Part shown: positions 1 through 7,891 of the stretch, one piece after another | Numbering within the stretch: the stretch's first letter is position 1 | Layout: each line of letters begins with the position of its first letter | Source: Chloroflexia bacterium | GTDB taxonomy: Bacteria > Chloroflexota > Chloroflexia > QHBQ01 > JADMIH01 | DNA: 42,409 nt | Direction: 5' to 3' | NCBI GenBank assembly: GCA_038231875.1 | Contig: JBBSIX010000001.1 | Location: 1-42,409, forward strand | Notes under the pieces: generated by a model | Told to the model about the DNA's origin: nothing | Seen by the model: the letters and a program-made list of their open reading frames with translations, nothing else | The model's database searches: none | Translations under genes and position numbers: made by a program

Positions 1-25
1 CCCTGCGCCCCCTCCCGCGGTTATT

Positions 26-940
26 GTGGTAACGGCTACGGCGGCGTCAACTGTGCTGGCAACGGCGATTTCCACCGTTTCGGCCCCCGGCGCAGGAAAC
101 CCGCAGCAGCCTGTGCCCACTCAGGGCAACGGCCCGGCTGGTGGAGGGGGAACGACAGGCGTATCTCCGCGCAAATCGCCGGCTACAGTAGCCCCCACCA
201 GACGACCCACAGCGCCGCAAAGGGCTACTGCCGTCTTACCACCCACAGCTACGCAGGCGCTTGCGGCTCCCACCGCTACTCGCGACCGACGGTTGGAAGC
301 CGCGCGGGTGGTGCGCGTCATAGACGGCGATACAATTGTAGTGCAGGTGGAGGGCGGTGGGGAGGCCCATTTGCGGCTGATAGGGATGGACGCGCCGGAG
401 ACGAACAAGGGGCCGCTCTGCTACGGCAAGGAGGCGAGCGACAAGGCGGAAGAACTGTTGGCTGCGAGTGAGAACCGGGTGCTGCTGGAGAAAGATGTGT
501 CGGAGACCGACAGGTACGCACGGCTGTTGCGGTATGTGTGGCTGCCGGGTGATGGGGAACATCTCATGCTGAATGAAGAACTTGTCAAGCAGGGGTACGC
601 ACGCGCCGCCGCCTACCCGCCCGACGTGAAGTACCAGGGCCGCTTTGAGGCCGCCGAACAGGATGCCCGCGGCCTAAACCTGGGGTTGTGGGGGGCGTGC
701 AGCAGCTTCGGCGCGCCTCTTTTCACACCCATTATTGCCGTAGAGCCTACGGTGGCGGCCGGCAATCTCGAACCGTCTCCTCCGTTGCGCTATGACCCCA
801 ACGGGCCGGACCGCAACTGCTCGGACTTTGCCACCCATGATGAAGCGCAACGGTTCTTCATAGCCGCCGGCGGCCCCCAGCGCGACCCTCACCGCCTCGA
901 TGCGGACCATGACGGCCTGGCCTGCGAGAAGCTGCCATAG
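26..940 (+). CDS. secreted thermonuclease (SNase fold) with C-terminal Excalibur calcium-binding domain; reading frame stays open to window position 2, so the true 5' end may lie upstream
   Basis: SNase motifs VVRVIDGDTIVV, LRLIGMDAPET, DRYARLLRYVW, NEELVKQGYA. C-terminal Excalibur-type NCSDFATHDEAQRFF...DADHDGLACE. Pro/Thr/Ala-rich N-terminal linker. Confidence 0.85.
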   Translation: MVTATAASTVLATAISTVSAPGAGNPQQPVPTQGNGPAGGGGTTGVSPRKSPATVAPTRRPTAPQRATAVLPPTATQALAAPTATRDRRLEAARVVRVIDGDTIVVQVEGGGEAHLRLIGMDAPETNKGPLCYGKEASDKAEELLAASENRVLLEKDVSETDRYARLLRYVWLPGDGEHLMLNEELVKQGYARAAAYPPDVKYQGRFEAAEQDARGLNLGLWGACSSFGAPLFTPIIAVEPTVAAGNLEPSPPLRYDPNGPDRNCSDFATHDEAQRFFIAAGGPQRDPHRLDADHDGLACEKLP

Positions 941-968
941 TCGGGCGAGTGCCTGGAGTAAGCTAACT

Positions 969-2033
969 ATGTTGCCTTTGCCCTCTTTATCTCCAATCCG
1001 CAGATCGCTCGCTTCTGCCTTACCAGTGACTCTATTTGTCGTGTTGGCCGCTCTGCTCTACGGCTGTGCTCCCAACGCTGTGCCCCCTACCGCTTCGACC
1101 TCCCTGCCTACAGACGCACCTTCTCCCCAGCTTTCTCCCCCTGCACCTGTAGGTACTTACGGGCTTCCCACTGCCGACCCTAACGCTACCCTCTTTGTGC
1201 CCGATGCTCTGGCTACCGCCGAGTACAAACGAGTTGGTCCTGTTCCTCCTACCCCCACCTCCTCCCCCACCAGAGACCCTCGCCTGCCCACCTACACTCC
1301 CAGTTCTACCCCTACTCCTTCCCCCACACCTACGACTATACCTCCTCCTATCCTGCTTACTGACCCTGTGCCCGACCCCCAAATGGCGGACGTGCGGTAC
1401 TTCCCTTCAACAGGGCACACTTTGCGAGGGGTGTTCCTCGACTACTGGCAAGCCCATGGAGGGCTGGCAGAGTTGGGCAACCCTATTACCGAGGAGTTCG
1501 TGGGTTCTAAACAGTCGGGAGGATACATCCCTCCGCGTGTTGGTATCACCGAGGACCCGAACTATCCAGGAGACAAGAGCAATCTTAGCGGTAAAGAGTT
1601 GCCTGTGGTGCAGTACTTCGAGAAGGCCCTCATCGAGCGATATGAAGGGGGGACGAGTACGGCAGAGGAGTTCCGGGTGACATCCGGTGGGGCACAGCTA
1701 GCCAGGCAGAAAGGATACTACTCAGGTTTGTACCCCAGCTATGGGCACGCTGTTGACTTCTCCTGGGTTGCAGGTGAAGATAGGCAAACCGATGGGCGTG
1801 CGTGTTTGGGTTGCGGATGCCTCAGCATCATGTATATGCTGAACAAGTCAGCTTTAGATGCATCGTTGGTTTTGAGCAACATAACCGCAGCTGAGTTCAA
1901 ACGTTCTGGTCCTGAGCCGTACACTTCGTTCTATGTACTTTTCGGCAGTATAAGTGGCGATCCTGGGATAAGCATTTCATGTGGTCAACCTGTATACTCT
2001 GTTGCTCGCGCTCAGCAGAACCCAGCACCTTAG
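969..2033 (+). CDS. putative lipoprotein: Pro/Thr/Ser-rich linker, one 'YWxxxGGL...QYFE' (LGFP-like) repeat, and a Cys-containing C-terminal module of unknown function
   Basis: ATG at 969 gives MLPLPSLSPIRRSLASALPVTLFVVLAALLYGC, a lipobox-like LYGC. GGAG lies about 11 nt upstream. The ORF-track start at 900 overlaps the upstream gene and has no signal peptide. Repeat motif FPSTGHTLRGVFLDYWQAHGGLAELGNPITEEF...VVQYFEKALIERYE. Confidence 0.6.
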   Translation: MLPLPSLSPIRRSLASALPVTLFVVLAALLYGCAPNAVPPTASTSLPTDAPSPQLSPPAPVGTYGLPTADPNATLFVPDALATAEYKRVGPVPPTPTSSPTRDPRLPTYTPSSTPTPSPTPTTIPPPILLTDPVPDPQMADVRYFPSTGHTLRGVFLDYWQAHGGLAELGNPITEEFVGSKQSGGYIPPRVGITEDPNYPGDKSNLSGKELPVVQYFEKALIERYEGGTSTAEEFRVTSGGAQLARQKGYYSGLYPSYGHAVDFSWVAGEDRQTDGRACLGCGCLSIMYMLNKSALDASLVLSNITAAEFKRSGPEPYTSFYVLFGSISGDPGISISCGQPVYSVARAQQNPAP

Positions 2034-2191
2034 CGGCTGTACCATCGTCTTTGTCGTGTAAGTTGTAATTCCTAACGTTCGATTGTGGGTGGATAGATTA
2101 GTTGGAGAAGGAGGAATGCCGTGTGGAGGCCGAATAAGCGAGGCGCAAGCGTACCAAAAGCCGGGAAGCCGGCGGCAGAGGTGGCCCTTGC

Positions 2192-2221
2192 TTGCCCCTC
2201 GCCTGCCCTCTACGGTATAAT
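2192..2221 (+). promoter_or_regulatory. sigma70-like promoter for tRNA-Leu (TTGCCC-18 nt-TATAAT)
   Basis: TATAAT at 2216-2221 and TTGCCC at 2192-2197. The predicted start lies a few nt upstream of the mature tRNA 5' end at 2235. Confidence 0.5.
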
Positions 2222-2234
2222 TGGCCTGTAAAAT

Positions 2235-2318
2235 GCGTCAGTGGTGGAACGGCAGACACGCTAGCCTTAGGAGCTAGTGCCGAGAGGCGTAAGGGTTCGA
2301 ATCCCTTCTGGCGCACCA
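2235..2318 (+). tRNA. tRNA-Leu, anticodon UAG, class II (long variable arm), CCA encoded
   Basis: Cloverleaf folded by hand. Acceptor GCGTCAG/CTGGCGC (one G-U). D stem GTG/CAC with a GG-containing loop. Anticodon stem CTAGC/GCTAG with loop CTTAGGA (anticodon TAG). Variable arm GCC-GAGA-GGC. T arm AAGGG-TTCGAAT-CCCTT. Discriminator A followed by CCA. Confidence 0.93.
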
Positions 2319-2411
2319 TCATGTGGGGCACGCAGGCCCTCGCCCCTTTTTGCTCCCTGTTCGCATAAACCTTCGACGACGCCCGCCCGCATATCCGTCA
2401 GGAGTATCAGC

Positions 2412-3989
2412 ATGCCCGCGAAACTGATCCGTTTCTTGGTGGTCGCGTCTTTCCTTCTATTAGCGTTCCTGGCGCCGCTCGGCGCACAGCCAAATGCTGC
2501 TCTGGCGGCACCGACGCCCAAGCCCGCCGTGCGCCTGAGCGGGGGTGAGAAGTGCTTCCCGGCAACAGGGCGCTGCATGCACGGCATCTTCCTGGGCTAT
2601 TGGCAGGACCGGGGCGGCCTGGCGCAGTTCGGCTACCCCATCACAGACGAGCTTCAGGAGGGCGGGCGCACGGTGCAGTACACTGAGCGTGCCCGCTTTG
2701 AACGGCACGATGAGTTGCGCGATACGCCCCACGAGGTGCTATTGAGCTTGCTTAGCACGCAACTGGTCGCTGGTCGAACGGAGCCTGCTTTCCGGCGGCT
2801 GGGGCAGTCTTCCGGCGGCTCGTTCTTCCCGCAGACAGGCCATTCCCTGGACGAGCCGTTTCTATCCTATTGGCAGCGTAACGGCGGTCTGCCCGTGTTC
2901 GGCTACCCGCTCTCGGAGGCGTTCAGCGAGAAAAGTCCCACCGACGGCAAGGTATATCAGGTGCAGTACTTCGAGCGTAATCGCCTTGAGTACCACCCGG
3001 AGGTCAAAGGCACAACCGGCGAGATACAACTGGGCCTGCTCGGCAAAGAGTTTTATGCGCGCACCTACGGCAGCGTTGCCCCGCCGCCACCCTCGCCGAA
3101 CCCGGTTTCGATAGCGGCGCTACAGCAGATGAAGCGGGCCGGCAGCGATCTGAAGGTGGTGCGTACGCTGGCCCGCACCGATGCTTACACTCAGTACGCC
3201 ATTACCTACCGGAGCGGTAACTTGCTCATCACCGGGCAGATGTACAAGCCGAACGGCGACGGGCCGTTCCCGGTGATGGTGATGAATCACGGCTATCTGC
3301 CGCCCGATGAATACACCAGCGGTACCGACTCGCGCCGCGAATCGCCCTTTGTGGCCTCGAACGGTTATGTGGCTATCCACCCCGACTTTCGCAATTATGC
3401 AGGCTCGGACGACGATGAAAATGCCCAGGTGAACCTGACTGCCTTCGGGTGGGCCGACGACACGCTTAATCTGGTGGATGCTATAAAACGCTCCGGCTTG
3501 CCCTATCTGGATAAGGGCCGTATCGGCTTCTGGGGGCACTCCAACGGCGGGCAGGTAAGTATGATGGCGCTGGTGGCGCAGAGGCAGCCCGACATCAAAG
3601 CCTTTGTGCTGTTCGCGCCCACTTCGCCTGATTATGCCGACAACTTCAACCGATGGACCCGCCCGCGCACGGAGCTTGCCGCCCAGGTGCGCGCCCGGCA
3701 CGGTTGGCCCGAAGACAACCCGGACTTCTACCGCAACCTATCGGTCGGCCCCAGCTTCGACGAGGCGGTTACGAAGGGGCCGGTGCTCCTCTTTCACGGC
3801 ACGGCAGACACCAACACGCCGTTCGACTGGTCTGTGCGCTCGGCAGCCCTGATGAAGGAGGCCGGCATAAACATCACCTTCGTGCCGGTCAAGGGGGAAA
3901 ACCACCTTTTCAGCGATGCTGCCTGGCGGGGCGGTGTGGCCGCGCAGTTCCTGGCCTTTATTGATAAGCATGTGAAAGGCAACACCTAG
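2412..3989 (+). CDS. secreted alpha/beta-hydrolase (S9 prolyl-oligopeptidase/dienelactone-hydrolase-like serine hydrolase) with two N-terminal 'YWxxxGGL...QYFER' repeats
   Basis: ATG at 2412 is preceded by AGGAG and gives the signal peptide MPAKLIRFLVVASFLLLAFLAPLGAQP. Repeats GIFLGYWQDRGGLAQFGYPITDE...VQYTERARFERH and PFLSYWQRNGGLPVFGYPLSEA...VQYFERNRLEYH. Nucleophile elbow GFWGHSNGG, then LLFHGTADTNTP and GENHLF (Ser-Asp-His order). The ORF-track start at 2277 would overlap the tRNA. Confidence 0.8.
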   Translation: MPAKLIRFLVVASFLLLAFLAPLGAQPNAALAAPTPKPAVRLSGGEKCFPATGRCMHGIFLGYWQDRGGLAQFGYPITDELQEGGRTVQYTERARFERHDELRDTPHEVLLSLLSTQLVAGRTEPAFRRLGQSSGGSFFPQTGHSLDEPFLSYWQRNGGLPVFGYPLSEAFSEKSPTDGKVYQVQYFERNRLEYHPEVKGTTGEIQLGLLGKEFYARTYGSVAPPPPSPNPVSIAALQQMKRAGSDLKVVRTLARTDAYTQYAITYRSGNLLITGQMYKPNGDGPFPVMVMNHGYLPPDEYTSGTDSRRESPFVASNGYVAIHPDFRNYAGSDDDENAQVNLTAFGWADDTLNLVDAIKRSGLPYLDKGRIGFWGHSNGGQVSMMALVAQRQPDIKAFVLFAPTSPDYADNFNRWTRPRTELAAQVRARHGWPEDNPDFYRNLSVGPSFDEAVTKGPVLLFHGTADTNTPFDWSVRSAALMKEAGINITFVPVKGENHLFSDAAWRGGVAAQFLAFIDKHVKGNT

Positions 3990-4013
3990 CTCGGCTCCAA
4001 ACGGGGCACAAAA

Positions 4014-4045
4014 AGTGGGCCACCCGAACAATCAGGCGACCCACT
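4014..4045 (-). terminator. candidate intrinsic terminator downstream of rpmB
   Basis: Imperfect hairpin AGTGGG...CCCACT (plus-strand reading) flanked by an A-run at 4009-4013, which is a U-run on the minus-strand transcript. About 40 nt after the rpmB stop. Confidence 0.4.
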
Positions 4046-4085
4046 CCGCTACAGCGAAACTACTATAGCCCAACGCAGTTACGAG

Positions 4086-4277
4086 TTAGGCTGTTTGCTT
4101 CTTGCTCAAAGTACGCATGCAACGAGTGCAGATATTGAGGCGCTGCATTTCGCCGTTCATGAATATGCGCTTGGAATGCACATTGGGAACCCAGCGGCGG
4201 GGTGTGTGATTCTTGGCATGGCTCACATTATGCCCATACGAAGGCTTCTTGCCGCATACTTCGCAAACAACCGACAT
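4086..4277 (-). CDS. rpmB: 50S ribosomal protein L28
   Basis: 63-aa product MSVVCEVCGKKPSYGHNVSHAKNHTPRRWVPNVHSKRIF... matches the conserved L28 N-terminus (xCxxxGKxPxxGxxxSHAxNxTxRRxxPN). GGAGAG Shine-Dalgarno upstream of the ATG at 4277. The longer ORF-track start at 4478 adds non-homologous sequence. Confidence 0.92.
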   Translation of the reverse strand: MSVVCEVCGKKPSYGHNVSHAKNHTPRRWVPNVHSKRIFMNGEMQRLNICTRCMRTLSKKQTA

Positions 4278-4427
4278 GGCTTTTCTCTCCCCTTTACGAA
4301 ATGCTGCTTTTACAGTATAGTATTGCAAGGCATCTCTATTAGTGATGTTAGCTACAGACCGTGCTATAGTCGCACAGACATTAATCCTACCATATATACG
4401 CCCTGACGACAAGGCTGTGTCTTCATG

Positions 4428-4612
4428 ATGTAAGCGTTCACACTTGAGGTGGAGGAAATTGACATCCGGACTTACCAAGACCCACCGCCCCCGCTACGCT
4501 CATGCCCCTCCCACACGTGGGAGGGGAGCTATTAAGAAGGGAAAGATGGGGGACACCCCCATGCCCCCGGCAGGGAGCTTCGCCACTGCACCCCAAGTCT
4601 GAACACTTACGT
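4428..4612. repeat. MITE-like dispersed repeat, family A, full-length copy 1 (185 bp)
   Basis: Left end ATGTAAGCGTTCACACTTGAGGTG (4428-4451) against the reverse complement of the right end ACGTAAGTGTTCAGACTTGGGGTG (4589-4612): 20/24 identical. CTTCATG is present directly outside both ends (4421-4427 and 4613-4619). The body shares blocks with the copy at 18224-18410. Confidence 0.65.
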
Positions 4613-4625
4613 CTTCATGTTCTTC

Positions 4626-4689
4626 ATCTAACTGTTCAGGCATAGGCTGGGGCCAATCCCTCCATACTCCCGTGTGTGAACGCTTACGT
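4626..4689. repeat. internally deleted mini-copy of repeat family A
   Basis: Degenerate left end ATCTAACTGTTCAGGC. Right end GTGTGAACGCTTACGT (4674-4689), whose reverse complement ACGTAAGCGTTCACAC matches the copy-1 left end 15/16. Confidence 0.4.
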
Positions 4690-4700
4690 CTTTTTGAATT

Positions 4701-5153
4701 ATGACTTCCAAGCATCGTAGAGATACCGACAAGCACAACCTCAAGACGGCCCCTCTGTCGCTGACCGGCCGGCTCTATCCCCCCGGCGACTTGCCTACCG
4801 GCGATCTGGTTGCCGAGGAGACCGGCAAGATCGAGGTGTCGCCGCGCGCGATCTCGCATCTTGCCAGCCGTGCCGCGCAACGTTCTTATGGCGTGGTGGG
4901 GTTGGCTGCGCGCAACGCCCGCCCAGGCTGGGCCGAGCTGCTCAGGCGCGAAGAAGTGTACAAAGGTGTGGACGTGGAGATCAAAGAGGGGCAAATCGTT
5001 ATAGACCTATACGTTGTTATCGAGTACGGAACCCGCATATCCGAGGTGGCACGCAATATTATGAGCAACGCCAAGTTCGCGGTCGAGGCGGCGCTCGGCG
5101 TGCCGGTGGTGCAGGTGAACGTGAATGTGCAGGACATCCGGGTCAGCAAGTAA
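4701..5153 (+). CDS. Asp23/Gls24-family (alkaline shock protein, YloU-like) protein
   Basis: GKIEVSPRAISHLASRAAQRSYGVVGL...VDVEIKEGQIVIDLYVVIEYGTRISEVARNIMSNAKFAVE...VNVNVQDI is the typical Asp23/DUF322 pattern. It sits immediately upstream of a DAK2 (YloV) gene as in Firmicutes. The start codon is uncertain because there is no clear SD. Confidence 0.85.
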   Translation: MTSKHRRDTDKHNLKTAPLSLTGRLYPPGDLPTGDLVAEETGKIEVSPRAISHLASRAAQRSYGVVGLAARNARPGWAELLRREEVYKGVDVEIKEGQIVIDLYVVIEYGTRISEVARNIMSNAKFAVEAALGVPVVQVNVNVQDIRVSK

Positions 5154-5224
5154 GTTTCGAGTTTCGAGCGTGTCGCACGCTGTTACAGGTATAACCGCAA
5201 AGCTCAAAACAAGACTCTAGAACT

Positions 5225-6976
5225 GTGAGAGAGATGATAGAACGGCAAAAGGATACAAGCGATCACGAGAAGTCGGACAACAAGCGGCATGCGCCCTTGC
5301 CTATGGGTCCGGGTGAAGCCTGGGACGGGCAGGACCTCAAGCGGGCGTTCGGTGCGGCGGCGGCGTGGCTTGCCTATAACGCTGAAGCGATAAACGCCCT
5401 GAACGTCTTTCCCGTGCCCGATGGAGACACGGGAACCAACATGGCCCTAACTATGCAGGCCGCCGTCAAGCAGATAGACGGTTCGCCCAGCCATTCGGCC
5501 CACGAGATCGCAAGAGCCATTTCTCATGGCGCCCTGATGGGTGCGCGAGGCAACTCAGGAGTCATCCTGTCGCAAATCTGGCGGGGCTTTGCTGAGGGGA
5601 TTGAGGGCAAGGAGAAACTGACGGCCCGCGACTTTGCCTCCGGGTTGGTGACATCCACCGCCACCGCCTACCGCGCCGTGCTCAAGCCGGTGGAAGGCAC
5701 CATCCTTACCGTTATAAAAGATACAGGGCAGGGAGCTTTTAAGGCAGCCTCGGTTCTCAATTCCTATGCTTATATGCTCCGGGAAACCGCGCTAGCCGCC
5801 GGAGAGTCGGTAGCTACGACCCCCCAACTGTTGGACAAACTGCGAGATGCAGGGGTGGTGGACGCCGGAGGACAGGGGTTGTTTGTGATACTGGACGGCA
5901 TGCGCCGCTACGCTGAGGGCGAAGACCTGGAGCTTGCCGGCGCCGAGTTGGCCCACGTGCCCACAGCCGAGCTAAACGGCGGCGTTCACGTGGAGCATGG
6001 GGACTACGGCTACTGCACCAACTTTATCCTGGTGGGCGGTGGCTGGGACTTCGATGAGGTGCGCGCACGCATCGCTTCCCTGGGCGAGTCGGCGGTGATA
6101 GTAGGCGATGAGCATATTGTGAAGGTACATATCCACACCGACACCCCCGGCACGGTGCTCAACTACGTAACCTCACTCGGCAGCCTGCGCCAGATATCCA
6201 TCACCGACATGCAGGAGCAACACGAGGAGTTCCTCCAGGGGCATGCAGGGCCGACTGTGCAGGCGCCGGCAGCCGGACTACAAGGCTCAGGGCGCGTCCC
6301 CGAAACCATTGCACAGCAAAGCAGCATCGCGGTGCTGGCGGTGGCGGCGGGGCAGGGGTTGGTGAAGGTTTTCCGCAGCATGGGTGCAACCGCTATCGTT
6401 GAAGGGGGCCAGACGATGAACCCCAGCACGGAAGAGTTGCTGCGCGCTATCGAGAGCGTGCCCCAGAACGAAGTGATTATCCTACCGAATAACGGCAATA
6501 TCATTTTGACCGCCACCCAGACGGCGAATCTTACCCGCAAGCGCGTGGCCGTTGTGCCGACCGAAACGATACCAAGCGGTATGTCGGCTTTGATCGCCTT
6601 CAACTACGATGCCGGCCTTGAAGAAAACGCAGCGGCCATGGAAAGCGCCGCCAAAGCGGTCGAGACGGGCGAGATCACGCGGGCCGTGCGCGACGCCAAA
6701 GTGGAGGATTTGCAGGTCAAGGCCGGCGACATAATCGGCCTGCTTAACAACAAGCTGGTTACGACAGGGCCAAGCCGCGAAGATGTGGCCTGGGACCTAC
6801 TGAGTAGGATGGAGGCGCAAGAGCGGGAGCTAATCACCGTCTACTGGGGCGGCGACATAACCGAGCAGCAGGCCCAAACCTTCCAACAGCAGGTGCGGGA
6901 GCGCTTCGAGGAGGCCGAGGTAGAGCTTGTGGCGGGCGGCCAGCCGTTTTATGACTATATAATCTCTGTTGAGTGA
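5225..6976 (+). CDS. fakA: DAK2-domain fusion protein YloV/FakA-type (fatty acid kinase ATP-binding subunit)
   Basis: N-terminal DhaL/DAK2 motif LNVFPVPDGDTGTNM and GARGNSGVILSQ. Long C-terminal YloV-type domain. Followed by two DegV (FakB-type) genes. Start ambiguous between GTG 5225 and ATG 5234. Confidence 0.85.
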   Translation: MREMIERQKDTSDHEKSDNKRHAPLPMGPGEAWDGQDLKRAFGAAAAWLAYNAEAINALNVFPVPDGDTGTNMALTMQAAVKQIDGSPSHSAHEIARAISHGALMGARGNSGVILSQIWRGFAEGIEGKEKLTARDFASGLVTSTATAYRAVLKPVEGTILTVIKDTGQGAFKAASVLNSYAYMLRETALAAGESVATTPQLLDKLRDAGVVDAGGQGLFVILDGMRRYAEGEDLELAGAELAHVPTAELNGGVHVEHGDYGYCTNFILVGGGWDFDEVRARIASLGESAVIVGDEHIVKVHIHTDTPGTVLNYVTSLGSLRQISITDMQEQHEEFLQGHAGPTVQAPAAGLQGSGRVPETIAQQSSIAVLAVAAGQGLVKVFRSMGATAIVEGGQTMNPSTEELLRAIESVPQNEVIILPNNGNIILTATQTANLTRKRVAVVPTETIPSGMSALIAFNYDAGLEENAAAMESAAKAVETGEITRAVRDAKVEDLQVKAGDIIGLLNNKLVTTGPSREDVAWDLLSRMEAQERELITVYWGGDITEQQAQTFQQQVRERFEEAEVELVAGGQPFYDYIISVE

Positions 6977-7022
6977 CCGGCGGCAGCCGACAACCCAAAC
7001 TCCCGTGTAGCGTTTCGCAACG

Positions 7023-7880
7023 ATGCCCCACATACGTATAGTAACAGACAGCGCATGCGATATACCTGACTCCCTGTTGGGGCAGCTTGACGTTACGGTC
7101 GTGCCCTGCTCGGTGCGCTGGGGTGATGCCCTCTTTCTAGAGGCCGGCGAGCCGCTCGTGGCGGCGCTGCGGGCCGCCGGCGCTCTGTCCCCTAGGCCGG
7201 GCGTGGAAGCTCCTTCGGTGGAGCAACTGACCCAGGTGTACAGGCAGATGCGCGACACCTGCGACGGAGTGCTTTCGATACATACCTCCTCCAAATTGAG
7301 CGATGCCTATGCCAACGCACTGCTGGCGAAGGAAGCCTTTAGCCGAGGCATGGGGGGCGGGCCTTTTCCTATAGCAGTGGTAGACTCCCTCTCCATTTCT
7401 ATGGGCCTGGGGTGGCTGGCGCTGTCTATGGCGCAGGCTGTTGAGGCGAAGCTCAACTTGCAGAAGTTGACCAGCATGGCAAACCGCCTGGCCGGACAGG
7501 TCCACGTAGCCTTCTACGCCGACAGCTTGCTGGGGCTGCTCAAGACAGGCAGGGTTCCACGCCTGGAACCCCACGCCGGCGGCCTCGCCTCCTCCAAGCC
7601 ATTGCTTCACGTGGACGAGGGCCATGTGGTGGTATACGAGCGCACCCGCACGCGCCCCAAAGCCAGAGATGCCTTATATAACTTTGTAGAGGATTTCCCG
7701 AAGATCGGCGAAATCGCCGTGCTGCATACCGGGGCAAGCCTGGACGTAGAACACCTGATGACTCGCATCGGGGCTATCTACCCGCGCGAACGTGTGCTGA
7801 TAATGCACCCTGGGGCGGCAGTGTCGGCTTGGCTTGGCCCCGACGCTGTGGGCGTGGCGGTCCTCGAAGGGGAAGAATAG
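7023..7880 (+). CDS. DegV-family fatty-acid-binding protein (FakB-like), paralog 1
   Basis: N-terminus IRIVTDSACDIP..., SIHTSSKLSDAY, and a length of about 285 aa typical of DegV. Confidence 0.9.
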   Translation: MPHIRIVTDSACDIPDSLLGQLDVTVVPCSVRWGDALFLEAGEPLVAALRAAGALSPRPGVEAPSVEQLTQVYRQMRDTCDGVLSIHTSSKLSDAYANALLAKEAFSRGMGGGPFPIAVVDSLSISMGLGWLALSMAQAVEAKLNLQKLTSMANRLAGQVHVAFYADSLLGLLKTGRVPRLEPHAGGLASSKPLLHVDEGHVVVYERTRTRPKARDALYNFVEDFPKIGEIAVLHTGASLDVEHLMTRIGAIYPRERVLIMHPGAAVSAWLGPDAVGVAVLEGEE

Positions 7881-7891
7881 TTCAGGGAGCT

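Noticed and set aside
2117-2221. 34-aa ORF (MPCGGRISEAQAYQKPGSRRQRWPLLAPRLPSTV) preceded by AAGGAGG
   Set aside because: The GGAGG core ends 1 nt before the ATG, which is too close for initiation. The ORF runs through the tRNA-Leu promoter and its peptide has no features.
2235-2318. tRNA-Leu as the attachment site of an integrated island
   Set aside because: I found no direct repeat of the tRNA 3' half, no integrase and no phage or plasmid genes on either side. Only a modest composition shift in 1740-2033 was seen, and that is reported separately at low interest.
2277-2411. Upstream extension of the hydrolase ORF to the track start at 2277
   Set aside because: The extension would be translated through the tRNA-Leu gene. 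The ATG at 2412 has an AGGAG SD and begins a textbook signal peptide. Similar N-terminal over-extensions were trimmed for the ORFs starting at 900, 7829 and 11335 on the plus strand and 4478, 26189 and 37063 on the minus strand.
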